Positions 25,001 to 38,023 of a stretch of 64,000 nucleotides of DNA are shown piece after piece. This DNA is from Octopus sinensis (taxonomy: Eukaryota). Every line of letters begins with the position of its first letter. The stretch's first letter is position 1. Location: positions 79,608,001-79,672,000 of the forward strand of contig NC_043000.1 of assembly GCF_006345805.1 (NCBI RefSeq). The letters run 5' to 3'. A model generated the notes under the pieces. That model worked only from the letters and a program-made list of their open reading frames with translations. It ran no database searches and was not told where the DNA came from. A program made the position numbers and the translations under genes.

Positions 25001-25945
25001 CTGCGCCCTTAATGCAATCGATGAGCAGGAGATGCAGCTCGAGATGGACAGGTTCTCATCAGCCTGTGACAACTTCAGTCTCACCATCAGTGCCAAGAAA
25101 ACCGAAGTGATGTTTCAGCCAGCCCCCGGCAAACAATACCATGAGCCTCAGATAAAGGTGAACGGACGGATCCTACGAGCGGTGGAAAACTTCACCTACC
25201 TGGGCAGCACTCTCTCCTGCAATGCCAACATAGATGCTGAAACCATCAACAGAATCTCCAAGGCAAGCAGCGCGTTTGGGAGACTGCGAAAGAAAGTCTG
25301 GGAGCGAAGAGGAATCAGCCTCAACACCAAGCTGAAAGTCTACCGGGCAGTCGTGCTTACCACCCTACTATACGACTGCGAGACGTGGACTGCTTACCGA
25401 AGGCACGAGCGCCAGATAAACCACTTCCACCTCAGGTGTCTTCGGAACCTCCTTCACATCCGCTGGCAGGACAAAGTCCCAGACACAGAAGTTCTGAAGC
25501 AGGCAGATCTCCCTAGCACCATCACAATCATGCGCAAGGCCCAGCTGAGATGGGCGGGCCACGTCTCCCGCATGTCCGACACTCGCATCCCAAAACAGCT
25601 CTTCTACGGTGAACTTAGCCAGGGCAAATGCAAAGTCGGAGGGCAGAAGAAGCGCTTCAAGGACAGTCTCAAGGTCTCTCTCAAAGACTTCTCCATCGGC
25701 ACAGAGACCTGGGAGACACTTGCTGCCGACCGCTCATCCTGGCACAGCGCAATCACCACAGGAGCAGGGACAGCCGAGGAGCCGCCTGCACCAGTAGCAC
25801 GGCCCCTACCCACTTCTGCCCCACCTGTGGGAGGGGCTTCCTTGCCCGGATTGGCCTCACCAGCCACCTCCGGTCTCATGGCGGCAGTTCCACCAGATGA
25901 TGTCAGTGGTCATCTTCGAACCCGAAGGACGAACATTATTATCAT
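22021..25945 (+). mobile_element. Full-length RTE-clade LINE (BovB/AviRTE-like architecture), APE-RT-C2H2, near-intact
   Basis: About 600-nt 5' UTR. TWNVRTLLD...RRTALVAREL.RY.VDIAALSETR (APE), QCGFR.GRGT.DMIFAARQLQEKC.EQ, FVDLTKAFDTV, LFADD and CPTCGR.FLARIGL.SHLRSH. Only two 1-nt frameshifts (~24250, ~24400) and a deletion near 25785. Inserted in (TA)n. Confidence 0.95.
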
Positions 25946-26028
25946 ATATTATATATATATATATATATATTATATTATGTATGTAATGTGTGTATATATA
26001 TATATAATATTATATGTATTATGTATCA

Positions 26029-26119
<91 letters not shown>

Positions 26120-26222
26120 ATGTGTGTATATATATATTATATATATATTATATATAATATATATATAATGTATGTATAATTGTGTTATAATATATATATA
26201 TGTATGTATGTATGTATATGTG

Positions 26223-26302
<80 letters not shown>

Positions 26303-26352
26303 ATGTGTGTGTGTATATATATATATATATATAATATATGTATGTATATTGG

Positions 26353-26392
<40 letters not shown>

Positions 26393-26440
26393 ATGTGTGT
26401 GTATATATATATATATATATATGTATGTATATGTGTGTAT

Positions 26441-26474
<34 letters not shown>

Positions 26475-26601
26475 GTTATGTATATGTGTATATATATATA
26501 ATATATATATAATATATATGTATGTATATGTGTGTATATATAGATATATATGTATATAATATTGTATTGTGTGTGTGTATATATATATATATGTAATAGT
26601 G

Positions 26602-26634
<33 letters not shown>

Positions 26635-26689
26635 GTGTGTGTATATATATGTATATATATGTGTGTGTATATATATATATATATGTATA

Positions 26690-26726
<37 letters not shown>
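25946..26726. repeat. Long compound (TA)/(TG)/(TATG) microsatellite
   Basis: Direct reading. Confidence 0.95.
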
Positions 26727-26729
26727 GTA

Positions 26730-27105
26730 GGTCCCGGGTTGATTCGGGGTTAACCACAGTAAATAAGGTACTCAATACATAGCAGTAAAATTAATTTATT
26801 ATATAGAAGGAGCTTCTACAGGACTAGAACTGTTTCATCATTCAAAGAGATCTTCAGGAAGCTAGTTAACAGAATTGTATTGGCATTTATACATTTAGGC
26901 AGGTTAAAGGGGTGTTGGTGGGGACTTTTTGGGGGTAGGCATAGCGCAAAAAATCATACTTGGGGGAGTGGTCAAGGAGTCAGTGTTAAATTAGATAGGA
27001 GAATAAATAAAAATAAATAGAAAATAAAAAATAAAAAATAAAAAATAAAAAATAAAAAAAAATATAAAAAAATTTAAAAAAAAAAAAAATAAATAAATAA
27101 TATAT

Positions 27106-27137
<32 letters not shown>

Positions 27138-28013
27138 AAGGGGGAAAGAGTTTTAGGTAAATAAGGAGATTCTCACTTATACCTCTACACATACACACAT
27201 ATATATATATAAACACTCACACATACATATACATATCTACACATACACATATATATGTATACATACACACACTCACTTTGCAACACTATGCAAACATACA
27301 CACATGTATATATACACACACGACCACACATACATATACACACAGAAAAATATATATATACACATACACACACATATACTCACATACACGCATACACACA
27401 CAATCCATACACACACATGCACACACAGCACACTAGTCCGTATATACACATATATCACCATACACACATATATATACACCCACACATACACATACATACA
27501 CATATATATACATACATACACATACACATACATATATATATACATACACATATATATATATATATACATACACTATATATACATATGTGTACCCATACAT
27601 ACCTACACATACACACATATATATATATATATATATATAACATATACAATACAGACCCATTCCTAATTTTAATTTTATTATCTTCTTCGTTTATTACTTT
27701 TGTTATCTTTGGCCGCTTGGTCACAAACATCTTGGCTATGACAGCCAGACCATTTATCCGTCTACTGGAAAACAATTACTCATTCACTCACGCACACTCA
27801 TTAGCACGTACACTCACTCATTCGTACACTCATACGCATACACGCACGCACGCGTTATATTCATACATACGTACATCTACATACATTCACGTATAACACA
27901 TACGTACGCGTACCTACAGATTCATGTCTACACTCTTAGAAGGCTAGTCTATACATATACACCAATAATATAAATACACACACATACATGTACACCTACA
28001 TACAATACATACA

Positions 28014-28066
<53 letters not shown>

Positions 28067-28565
28067 CCACACGCGTACCTACAGATTCATGTCTACACTC
28101 TTAGAAGCTAGTCTAAACAAATAACAACATAATACACCAATAAATATAAATACCACACATACATGTACACCTACATACAAACATACATGTACATATACAT
28201 ATACATATATATATATATATATAATAATATATATATATACACACATATACATATATATATTCATACTAACATGCATACTCAAAAAATAAGTAAATAGTAA
28301 ATATATATACACGCAGTTATTCATACATGCATACTCAAAAAATAAATATTAAGTATATGTACGTGCAGTTACCTATTATATAGACGGATACATACATATA
28401 ATAAACTTACACACATAGATATATATACATATATATATATATATACACATATATATATATATATATATACATATATACACACATATATATAAATATAAAT
28501 ATATACATACACATACACCTACATATACACATACACACATACATAATATATATATATATATATGT

Positions 28566-28603
<38 letters not shown>

Positions 28604-28704
28604 TATATATACATACATACACACACAAATATAAATATATAATATATACATACACACATACACCTACATATACACATACACACATACATAAATATATATA
28701 TATA

Positions 28705-28739
<35 letters not shown>

Positions 28740-29269
28740 CATACACATACATATACATACACATACATACATATATATACATACTTACACATGTACATAT
28801 AAATACACACATAGATAACTCTACGTACCTACACATAATAAACACACGAGCGTACGCGCATATGTACATATACATATACCCATGCACACGCATATATATA
28901 CATACATACACATACACACATGTATACACACACACTCACATACCATATATATACATACACATATACATACACATACATATATATATATATGTATACATAT
29001 ATACATATATAATATATATATATATATATATACACACACATATACATACACACACACATACACACACATATATATACCCATGTGTGCAAACATACATACA
29101 TTCTCATACAGCCACACACATTACATTTACATATATACACACACTTACACACATATATATACTACACACATACATATTCACATACATATGCATACACACA
29201 AATATACATATATACATACATACATCTATACATATATATACACACCACACACATACACGCACATACATA

Positions 29270-29301
<32 letters not shown>

Positions 29302-31230
29302 ATATTATATATATATTACATATATATATATATACACATATATATTTTTTTTTTACATACATACACGCCCACACACACATAATACATGCGTATAATCCTA
29401 CTATACCCAACATTTCTATACATATATACAATACACATCTACAAGCGTGCACATACAATATGTGAAAGGTCTTAGGAGAAAAGGTAATCGGGGGTGCTAG
29501 GGGAACGGTGGGATTGGGGGGGTTTTGTGGGTGGGGGTGTCATCAATCTGGTTGCCGGGTAGGTCTATAGTTCTTGTAGTTCGCATACTTCATATGCATA
29601 CAATTTGGGGAGTGTTCTGAGATTTTGTTAGGAGAGGGCCTTGGCGAACAAGATCTCTAGGCTCCGATATGCAGAGGTCACAGCAGGTATGGCCTCCTGT
29701 GTATGAGCGCGCCTTCTGTAGTAGTTCCCACTGGTCTTGAAGGGGATGGAATTCCTTTTAGGTACCAGATGTGGGCGGCGAGGGTAGTTTGGTTGGATTT
29801 ATCCTGTCGCCGGAACGAGTGTGTGTGTGCGTACCAACGGGTCTTAAAGCTGTTTGACGTCATTCCTATGTAGGATTTTCTTTTATCGTCAGGGCCTGAT
29901 CTTACCTCGCATGTATATACTAGGTCCCTCTGTAGGCAGTTGTTGTTGAGGGGGCAGGTAGTTTTATCAGGGCAGTTGCAATTGCTATCGGACGTTGGAT
30001 GGGCCTGAAAAAGTAGGTATGTTAAGTTTTTTTACATTGTTGTTGGCTAGGTCCTGGCTAGATGGGCGTGGTAGAGTAGGAGAGTCTAATAGTGTTCTTA
30101 TTAGGATAGTGTAGTATATGTGGGTGGGGAAGTGTTTCTGTAGGAGAGTGAAGAAGATTTTAGCTACAGGTGTAGCGACCTCACGGTTGAAGGGGGGTTG
30201 TACCAGCTAATGTGTCTTCGTCTATTTTTCCTAGGTTGGCGTGGGGCTATACTGTATAGGTAATCTTATCTTTGAAGCCACTGCGGGCCAGGGCCTCGTT
30301 GTATATATATAATAATATATATGTATATATATATATTATATATATATATATATATATGTACATGTATGTATTTGTATGTAGGTGTACATGTATGTGTGTG
30401 TATTTATATTTATTGGTGTATATGTATAGACTAGCCTTCTAAGAGTGTAGACATGAATCTGTAGGTACGCGTACGTATGTGTATATACGTGAATGTATGT
30501 AGATGTACGTATGTATGAATATAACGCGTGCGTGCGTGTATGCGTATGAGTGTACGAATGAGTGAGTGTACGTGCTAATGAGTGTGCGTGAGTGAATGAG
30601 TAATTGTTTTCCAGTAGACGGATAAATGGTCTGGCTGTCATAGCCAAGATGTTTGTGACCAAGCGGCCAAAGATAACAAAAGTAATAAACGAAGATAATA
30701 AAATTAAAATTAGGGAATGGGTCTGTATTTGTATATGTATATATATATATAATATATATATATATGTGTGTATGTGTAGGTATGTATGGGTACACATATG
30801 TATATATATGTGTATGTATATATATATATATATGTGTATGTATATATATATGTATGTGTATGTGTATGTATGTATATATATGTGTATGTATGTGTATGTG
30901 TGGGTGTATATATATGTGTGTATGTGTATATACGGACTAGTGTGCTGTGTGTGCATGTGTGTGTATGGATTTGTGTGTGTATGCGTGTATGTGAGTATAT
31001 GTGTGTGTATGTGTATATATATATATATTTTTCTGTGTGTATATGTATGTGTGGTCGTGTGTGTATATATACATGTGTGTATACGTGTATGCAAGTGAGT
31101 GTGTGTATGTATACATATATATGTGTATGTGTAGATATGTATATGTATGTGTGAGTGTATATATATATATGTGTGTATGTGTAGAGGTATAAGTGAGAAT
31201 CTCCTTATTTACCTAAAACTCTATTCCCCC

Positions 31231-31266
<36 letters not shown>

Positions 31267-31612
31267 TTTTTATTTTATTTTTATTTTTTTATTTTTTTAT
31301 ATTTTTTTATATATTTTTTATTTTTTATTTTTTATTTTTTATTTTTTATTTTCTATTTTTATTTTTTATTTTTTATTTTTTATTTTTTATTTTTTTATTT
31401 ATTCTCCTATCTAATTTAACACTGACTCCTTGACCACTCCCCCAAGTATGATTTTTTGCGCTATGCCTACCCCCAAAAAGTCCCCCACCAACACCCCTTT
31501 AAACCTGCCTAAATGTATAAATGCCAATACAATTCTTGTTAACTAGCTTCCTGAAGATTTCTCTTGAATGAAACAGTTCTAGTCCTGTAGAAGCTCCTTC
31601 TATATAATAAAT
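26730..31612 (-). mobile_element. 5'-truncated Penelope-like element with ~1.25-kb inverted terminal (pLTR) copies
   Basis: Arms ~26794-28050 and ~30330-31612 are reverse complements, including unique segments (GTCATAGCCAAGATGTTTGTGACCAAGCGGCC) and degenerate microsatellite. The GIY-YIG region lies between them. Confidence 0.85.
29600..30299 (-). pseudogene. Penelope RT-linker/GIY-YIG endonuclease remnant
   Basis: RRRHISWYNPPF...FF.LL.KHFP; CNCPDKTTCPLNNNCL...VY.CEV...SYIGMTSNSFKTRWY.H..SFR...TTLAAHIW.LK...C.LC; frameshifted. Confidence 0.88.
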
Positions 31613-33172
31613 ATATATATATATATATATATATAAAGAGAGAGAGAGATTAAATGAATAAACAGTGTAGAAGCATTGGTCTGATGCTCCTTAATCTTTA
31701 GGTTGTGGATAGAAGAATTGGTGCTTTATCAATGTACCTCGTAATTTTTAAAGATATTTTTGTACATTGCCTTTTGTCCTCTTGAAATCAATACAGTAAA
31801 ATACCAGTTTACAAGTGTTAGCCTTGGGATAATTGATTAAACTTCAGAAGGTGGTGTGTGGCCCAGTATTATCATGGACTTATCACTAAAACCAGGCAAG
31901 ATGTGTGTGTGTAAAATGTGTAAGATGTTGCACAGGAGCTTGAAAATTGAGTATGCAGAAAACAGGAAAAAACACACAATGGACCTGGACATGCTCAATC
32001 GGTCATTAGTTATTAACCCCAAATTATCACAATTCTGACACCTTCCTGTAATATTGTTCAATTTGATGGTGTCAGCTACATAAGCTGCTTGGGTATAGTA
32101 ATAAATGAGCAGACATGACAAAATTGCACAAACAAGAAAAGTAAGACTAGTACAAAGAAAAGTTGTGATCTCTAGACTAAATGGTGAAATGAACTAGTTA
32201 TGAATAGGAAATATATAATACAAAAAGCAAGAATAATAACAATAAGATAAATATATCATAAACAATATTACCTGAAACATTGTTACTTGAAGTTTCATAT
32301 TTGTATATACGGAAGCAAGTCAATGGACAATATAACACATTAAAATAGAATGGACATATACGAACTGTATCTGAGGCTGCACAAGCTGTTATATGGTACA
32401 CAATTCAATGAATACTATGTAATATTGTAGTCTGTGTAGATAGTGAGTAGTTATAGAGTTAATGTAATTTCTGCAGGTGAGTAGTGAAGGATATATGATA
32501 AATTCTAAAACTTGTTGGAATACACAAAAAAAGAGAAAAAAAAAAGAAAATATTTGATAAATCAATAAATACATCTTCATGTTGGAAATGAAGAGAGATG
32601 AAGTGCTATAGAGATAATACTTAAAATGAATAGTTTTGTGGTACAGTGCATGTCTGTTTGGACTGATTGTAACGTAAATGATGGGAGAATAGTGTGTATA
32701 ATTGATTATATATTTATCAAGTACAAAAGGAACATTGGTTGTCTTAGATCTAGGAATACATTGTGTGGTGCTCTATACCTCTGCAGCTATCTACTAAATA
32801 ACACTGAATCTACCATCCACGATTTAAGAAATAATAATAATGTTGATGTGTGTGTCCCTGGTCAGCCAAACTGGCAGACTGACTAGGTGTGACCCACAGC
32901 TATACTAGCCTATGTATACCAGGTCTTCTCTTAGCTGTCTTCTCTTAATCTGTACATACTGATATGAGGTGGTGAATCATATGGGTTGCACTATTAGAAT
33001 CAGTTGAACTGTTAGGATTATCAGACAAATCTCCTTCAAACTTTACTCTGCCATCTTATTTTCTACTTATCACATATTTGGATGGTTCAATCAGGGCTAT
33101 GATATCTAGAAGTTAGATTGCAAGCTTGTTGGCGCTTATACATCCTGTGAACATATTTGTTTTATTAAATTA

Positions 33173-34060
33173 CTAGCCTAAGGTGACCCGCTCTACGCGT
33201 GGGTAAGAGTGTGGTTGTAACTTTCTCTTGCTTCCTTTCTGTTTTTTATCACCACATTCTCCCTCTTTGTTTCTCTCTCCTTTCTCTCTCACTTTCCCAC
33301 TCTCTTACTCTTCATTTCTCTCGGACTCTCCCTCGCTTTCTCTTACTCTCTATCTTTCTCTATCTCTCTTTCTCTCCCATTTATAAACAACAAAAGATCT
33401 TGAGTAAGTTGAGAAAGAAAATACTTAGAAAGATCAATCATAAATATCAGGCAGTGACAATGGAAAGGTCTGCTTCAAGGCAGACAGCAAAACACTAACA
33501 TTTAAAAGGGACAGACGAACTTGCGAGCTGAATAAAAAAAAAAAATATTGGAAACCAAAGTTTGAAGGGATAGAATCTGAGGATAGTTGAGTCACCATGG
33601 CTGGCATTTCTTAACGACGGACAGCAACGTAGTGGCAGTTTAATGGCTGGTCTGGTGTAAAATTTTGAACTTGATGTAAAAGAAGATTCCTAAACACCAA
33701 GTTTTCAAATGATTCTTTCTCACGACAGTAGACTCACCATGGCAAGCATTCAAAACTTCTTCATCATGGACAACACATTGAAGATTTAAAGGCTGGCACA
33801 AATTTTTTAGCTTGATGTAACAGAGAATTCCTAAACACCCACTCCTGTAAATTTTAATCCCCTTCCAGCCCCATTTAGACCCCTTTTCACATTTTGGTTA
33901 ATATAACCCGATTTAATTCGGGTCTACTCGGGCCGCATTTTATAAGATGAAGAATTTTGTCCTAGAGGAAAAAAATAGTTGCCATGCAAACTCGCCTGCA
34001 TTTTTAACATATGTGTGCTTATTTTCAGCTCAACCGACCAGATAATGCACACATTATATA
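33173..34060 (-). mobile_element. Non-autonomous Helitron-like element (3' end defined)
   Basis: Minus-strand ACCCACGCGTAGAGCGGGT hairpin, then CACCTTAGG-CTAG|T at 33173. The 5' TC was not found; it abuts the 34062 palindrome. Confidence 0.55.
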
Positions 34061-34273
34061 TATACAAAATAAGAAAATGGAGAAACACATCTTAATCAAT
34101 GATCAACTACCAGATAATACCCAATCACATAATTTATTAAACCACTACATATGAACATTAAGGTCAAACATAATAATATAGAACAAAACAATGTACATGA
34201 AAGAGTAATATGATACAATAAGTACAGTATGTATAAGTGAATATAAATAAATACAAATGTAAATATAAACTAC

Positions 34274-34400
34274 ATCTTACAGCTGTTTCGGCCATGCAGA
34301 TATGGGTGTCTCATTATGCTCATATTAGCCATGTGTGATAGGTCAATATGTAGTTGTAAATGAGACACTTACAAAAATATCTCAAGGCCTCTTCAGAGAT
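34274..34400 (-). ncRNA. Type I hammerhead ribozyme motif (left arm)
   Basis: Mirror of 35281-35407: ATCT-CTGAAGA-GGCC...GGCC-GAA-ACAGCTGT-A-AGAT. Confidence 0.75.
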
Positions 34401-34482
34401 TATGAAATACAAACTAAATTAAATATGAATATCAGAGGAGGTACACCCATACAAGAGTGGGTACATACCCATAATATATAAT

Positions 34483-34823
34483 AGTGTAGTGACCCCCTTC
34501 GGTCAGACACTGACCATGGGTTTGCACCTAGAGAGTTACTCTCTGAGGCACAAGTCTGGGCAAGGTTGTTTCATGGAAGACCAGCAGTCGCCCATGCATA
34601 CCGGCCTCCCCTCTCCACGTCACCGATGTTGTCCAAGGGAAAGGCAAGGGCCAATACAGCTTGGCACCTGTGACGTCGCAACTCATTTCTACAGCTGAGT
34701 GAACTGGAGCAACGTGAAATAAAGTGTCTTGCTCAAGAACACAACACGCAGCCGGTCCGGGATACGAGCTCACAACCTCATGATCGTAAGCTTGACGCTC
34801 TAACCACTGAGCCACGCGCCTTC
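34483..34823 (-). mobile_element. Young full-length tRNA-derived SINE with 9-bp TSD
   Basis: 5' GAAGGCGCGTGGCTCAGTGGTTAGAGCG (A box), GTGAGCTCGTATCCC (B-box-like) and CTTGAGCAAGACACTT core. TSD ATATATAAT at 34474-34482 and 34824-34832. Confidence 0.92.
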
Positions 34824-35280
34824 ATATATAATATACACATACATATGAGTGCATATACCCATACTCCTATACATATATATATATATATATACATATACAT
34901 AATAATATAAATCAATATACATACATATGTTCTATAGTCAATGTTACAGTTGGTCAACATATTATGGTATTACAATATAGAAAACATACACATATTCATA
35001 TGCAAATGCAGATATACAAAGTCACTGCATTTGAATATGAATATGTGTATATTTTCTATATTGTAATATCATAATATTATGTTGACCAACTGTAACATTG
35101 AATGTAGAACATATGTATGTATATTGATTTATATTATTATGTATATGTATATATATATGTATAGGAGTATGGGTATATGCACTCATATGTATGTGTATAT
35201 TATATATTATGGGTATGTACCCACTCTTGTATAGGTGTACCTCCTCTGATATTCATATTTAATTTAGTTTGTATTTCATA

Positions 35281-35407
35281 ATCTCTGAAGAGGCCTTGGG
35301 ATATTTTTGTAAGTGTCTCATTTACAACTACATATTGACCTATCACACATGGCTAATATGAGCATAATGAGACACCCGTATCTGCATGGCCGAAACAGCT
35401 GTAAGAT
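35281..35407 (+). ncRNA. Type I hammerhead ribozyme motif, canonical core, ~95-nt structured stem-II insertion (BARD1 sense strand)
   Basis: ATCT-CTGAAGA-GGCC[..GTGTCTCATT..AATGAGACAC..]GGCC-GAA-ACAG/CTGT-A-AGAT; GUA site after 35403. Confidence 0.78.
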
Positions 35408-35790
35408 GTAATTTATATTTATATTTGTATTTATTTATATTCACTTATACATACTGTACTTATTGTATCATATTACTCTTTCATGTATATTGTTTTGTTC
35501 TATATTATTATGTTTGACCTTAATGTTCATATGTGGTGGTTTAATAAATTATGTGATTGGGTATTATCTGGTAGTTGATCATTGATTAAGATGTGTTTCT
35601 CCATTTTCTTATTTTGTATTATTAATTTGTGGTAAAACATTTTACCTTTGCCCATAAAATACAGTAAATGAATTAATTGCATCGCAGTTCTTAACATTTA
35701 TGTATTAACTTTGCTGGGTGCTTCACTAGTAGTATATTGGATATATGTTATCCCATGGAGGGTTGCACTTACAACCCCTATCTCAGTTTG

Positions 35791-35821
<31 letters not shown>

Positions 35822-36114
35822 TGTTGTAGTTCGGAATGGTCATTTTGCCAGTCTAGCCAATAAAAACACACGCACTATATATTTGGTGTTACTTTGCTTC
35901 AGTGTTATTTATTTTTTACATTAATCTTAATCTTATTTCGGCCAGAATTCTTTCGTCACACTCCTGTGACACACAACTTCACATAAAAAATTTTGCACAA
36001 CAAATATATATATATATATATATATACGCATTAAATATATATAAGTACATATATACGCATTATATATATGTGTACGCATTATATATACAAATGCATACAA
36101 ATTATATATATCTA

Positions 36115-36918
36115 TCTATATAAAACTCAACTTGTGTGTCTGTATGTTTAACTTCCCGGCACATCTCCTAGCCAACAAATCGTAGAACCACAAAAAATGG
36201 GTCACTTAAAGTTTAGGCGAATGAAAATTGAACTGCGCTATTTCTGTTCCGAAATTCATCTCACAAGTGCAAAAATCGATAATGTGTTTGTTTAGGCCTT
36301 ATCCCATGCATTGAATAGTGAACTTTACTCAGTCAGCTGTTTGACATGAACTGTGTTCACCACGCATGCAAGCATGCGTAAATTGCATGAAAAATAAAAA
36401 ATCAAGATATAAGAACGAATCGCCGTAAACATTGTAGAAATTCGGTGAAGAAATGAATTTTCGGGATGTAGCCTGGAGGGTTTTTTCGTATTAATCGTTT
36501 GGACTTTGTGAACACATACCAATTGTTTTCATAACATTTTTAACGCTTTGAATTAAATGTGACCATTTTGCATTGAGTCTGCAGTTTGAATCACTTTAAC
36601 CAAATTTTAGCAGGCTGGATTTTTGATCATCACAATACATTGCCAGCGACTCCCTGAAACTCTCCCCTGAAATCCCCGTTGAGAAATACTGATCTAAAAG
36701 AATAATTCAACAATGTAATTATTTGATCAACAGAAATTTATGAAATGCTTCTCTGTACTTCCTATTGAGGAAATGGAACACATAAGCGCAAAAATAGAGG
36801 GCATCAAATGCTTGATTTTAAAACCAAAATAATTGAATTTTGATTGAACTTCATCCAAGTTTAGCTTAATTCGCGCGTGCATAGAATGCATGGGCGCACG
36901 AGCCAGGCAATACTGCTA

Positions 36919-36919
<1 letters not shown>
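36115..36919 (+). mobile_element. Non-autonomous Helitron
   Basis: A|TCTATATAAAACTC... 5' end; ...GCCAGGCAATACTG-CTAG|T 3' end. Confidence 0.7.
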
Positions 36920-36950
<31 letters not shown>

Positions 36951-38023
36951 TTATATATATAAATACAGATATATACACTTTGTATATATACATTATATAT
37001 ACATATTTATATATAGAACATACACACACGCATATAAATTAACCCAATAAATATCTGATTCATAATATTTGTTTTCATGATTGTGTGGTGGTGGTGATAA
37101 TAATTCTCTCTATGAATGCAGACAGACGTAGAGAGAGAGAGAGAGGATGTGGTAGAAAGAGTGAAGTCAACGGGGAAAGATAGTAGCCGTTGCCAAACGA
37201 CGTTATAGAGAGAAAGTGAAAGGAAGGGAGGAAAGAGAGAGACATGGAGGAAGACAGGCAGATAAGAGAATAAGAGTAGACTTGTCAAAGTGTGCGTTTT
37301 TTGCCTTAGTAACCACACTTTTTAAGATGGGGATTTCTAGCTTGCCCACTCACATCCTCACTTCATTTTACATGTCTCTGTAAATTTTGGAGTCAATCCG
37401 ACGGGATCTAGTGCCCTTTAACCCATTCCAATGCCAAAACCAGACAAACAAACTTTTTGCATTTCAGAATTATAATATAGAGATTTATTATTAAATTATG
37501 TGTATTTCATGTGAAATAAAATGTCTTGTGGATGTTATTTATGGGAAAGTAAGTACAAGGATAGAGTACAAAACTAAATGTTAATTTCTTTCATTCCTCT
37601 ATCTTCTACATGTTAATCCACTGTGTTGAACTTATTTGTTACTTCATCTTCAGCAAAATAAGTACTTGGCATGACCTGAGTTAGTGGCCAAACTAATCAA
37701 CTACTTCTCCATATCCATTATATCTAGGTCTATACCCTTTCCATATTCATGATGATTCATCAGAAGAGGAAGGGTACTCCAAGACTGGTGAGAGGAAGGG
37801 AAACTTTTGCTCTCAGACCAGCGACCTAGCCTGCACAGAGTGGACTCTACCAATGACACCCCTCCCTATCTTTGTACACTTTACATATCCTTATACCCCT
37901 ATATTATGCTAATTTGTGTCCTAAGAAACCATTTGTATAATCTGAATGAATCAGTTGTGTTTGTACAATACACACACACACACACTCATGTAGCACAGTG
38001 TATTTTTATTATTTCTCTTATAG

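Larger units (their letters stand above)
34062..35619. repeat. ~610-bp-arm palindrome (13-nt loop, 35012-35024) of a hammerhead-bearing Penelope-type terminal sequence
   Basis: 34062-34482 plus 34833-35011 is the reverse complement of 35025-35619, with a few transitions/indels; the left arm is interrupted by a SINE. Confidence 0.92.

Noticed and set aside
22021-25945. GC-rich block as bacterial or foreign contamination
   Set aside because: It encodes a eukaryotic non-LTR APE-RT with a 5' UTR and tail, and is embedded in host-type (TA)n on both sides.
25946-31420. Dozens of long YIYI/CVCV/HTHT ORFs in the ORF track (also at 19200-19480, 21659-21950 and the tail of 24441-26168)
   Set aside because: They are translations of (TA)n/(TG)n/(CA)n microsatellites that lack stop codons by composition; there is no coding signal.
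31810-32460. Short coding-looking ORFs on both strands
   Set aside because: Multiple stops and no family that I can recognise; possibly a decayed TE.
34760-34823. tRNA gene (also the heads at 38218, 45040, 46670 and 62127)
   Set aside because: The tRNA-like A/B boxes continue into SINE core/tail sequence, and no complete cloverleaf with a terminator was seen.
34062-35619. Palindromes as assembly or chimeric-read fold-back artefacts (also 20002-21612 and 26794-31612)
   Set aside because: The arms differ by substitutions and indels, one arm carries a TSD-flanked SINE, and the spacers are element-specific. This argues they are genomic, although spanning reads would be decisive.
35935-35985. 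Minus-strand hammerhead-like remnant (GTCACA-GGAG-TGTGAC-GAA-AGAATTCT)
   Set aside because: The core is degenerate (GTGAAGT plus extra bases) and position 17 is G, so it is not cleavable. At most a fossil; similar weak traces at ~12305-12340 and ~50030-50070 were also not supported.
37010-37483. Additional minus-strand Helitron (A|TCTCTATATTATAA 5' end)
   Set aside because: The 3' CTAG and hairpin could not be found, so it is not called as a feature.
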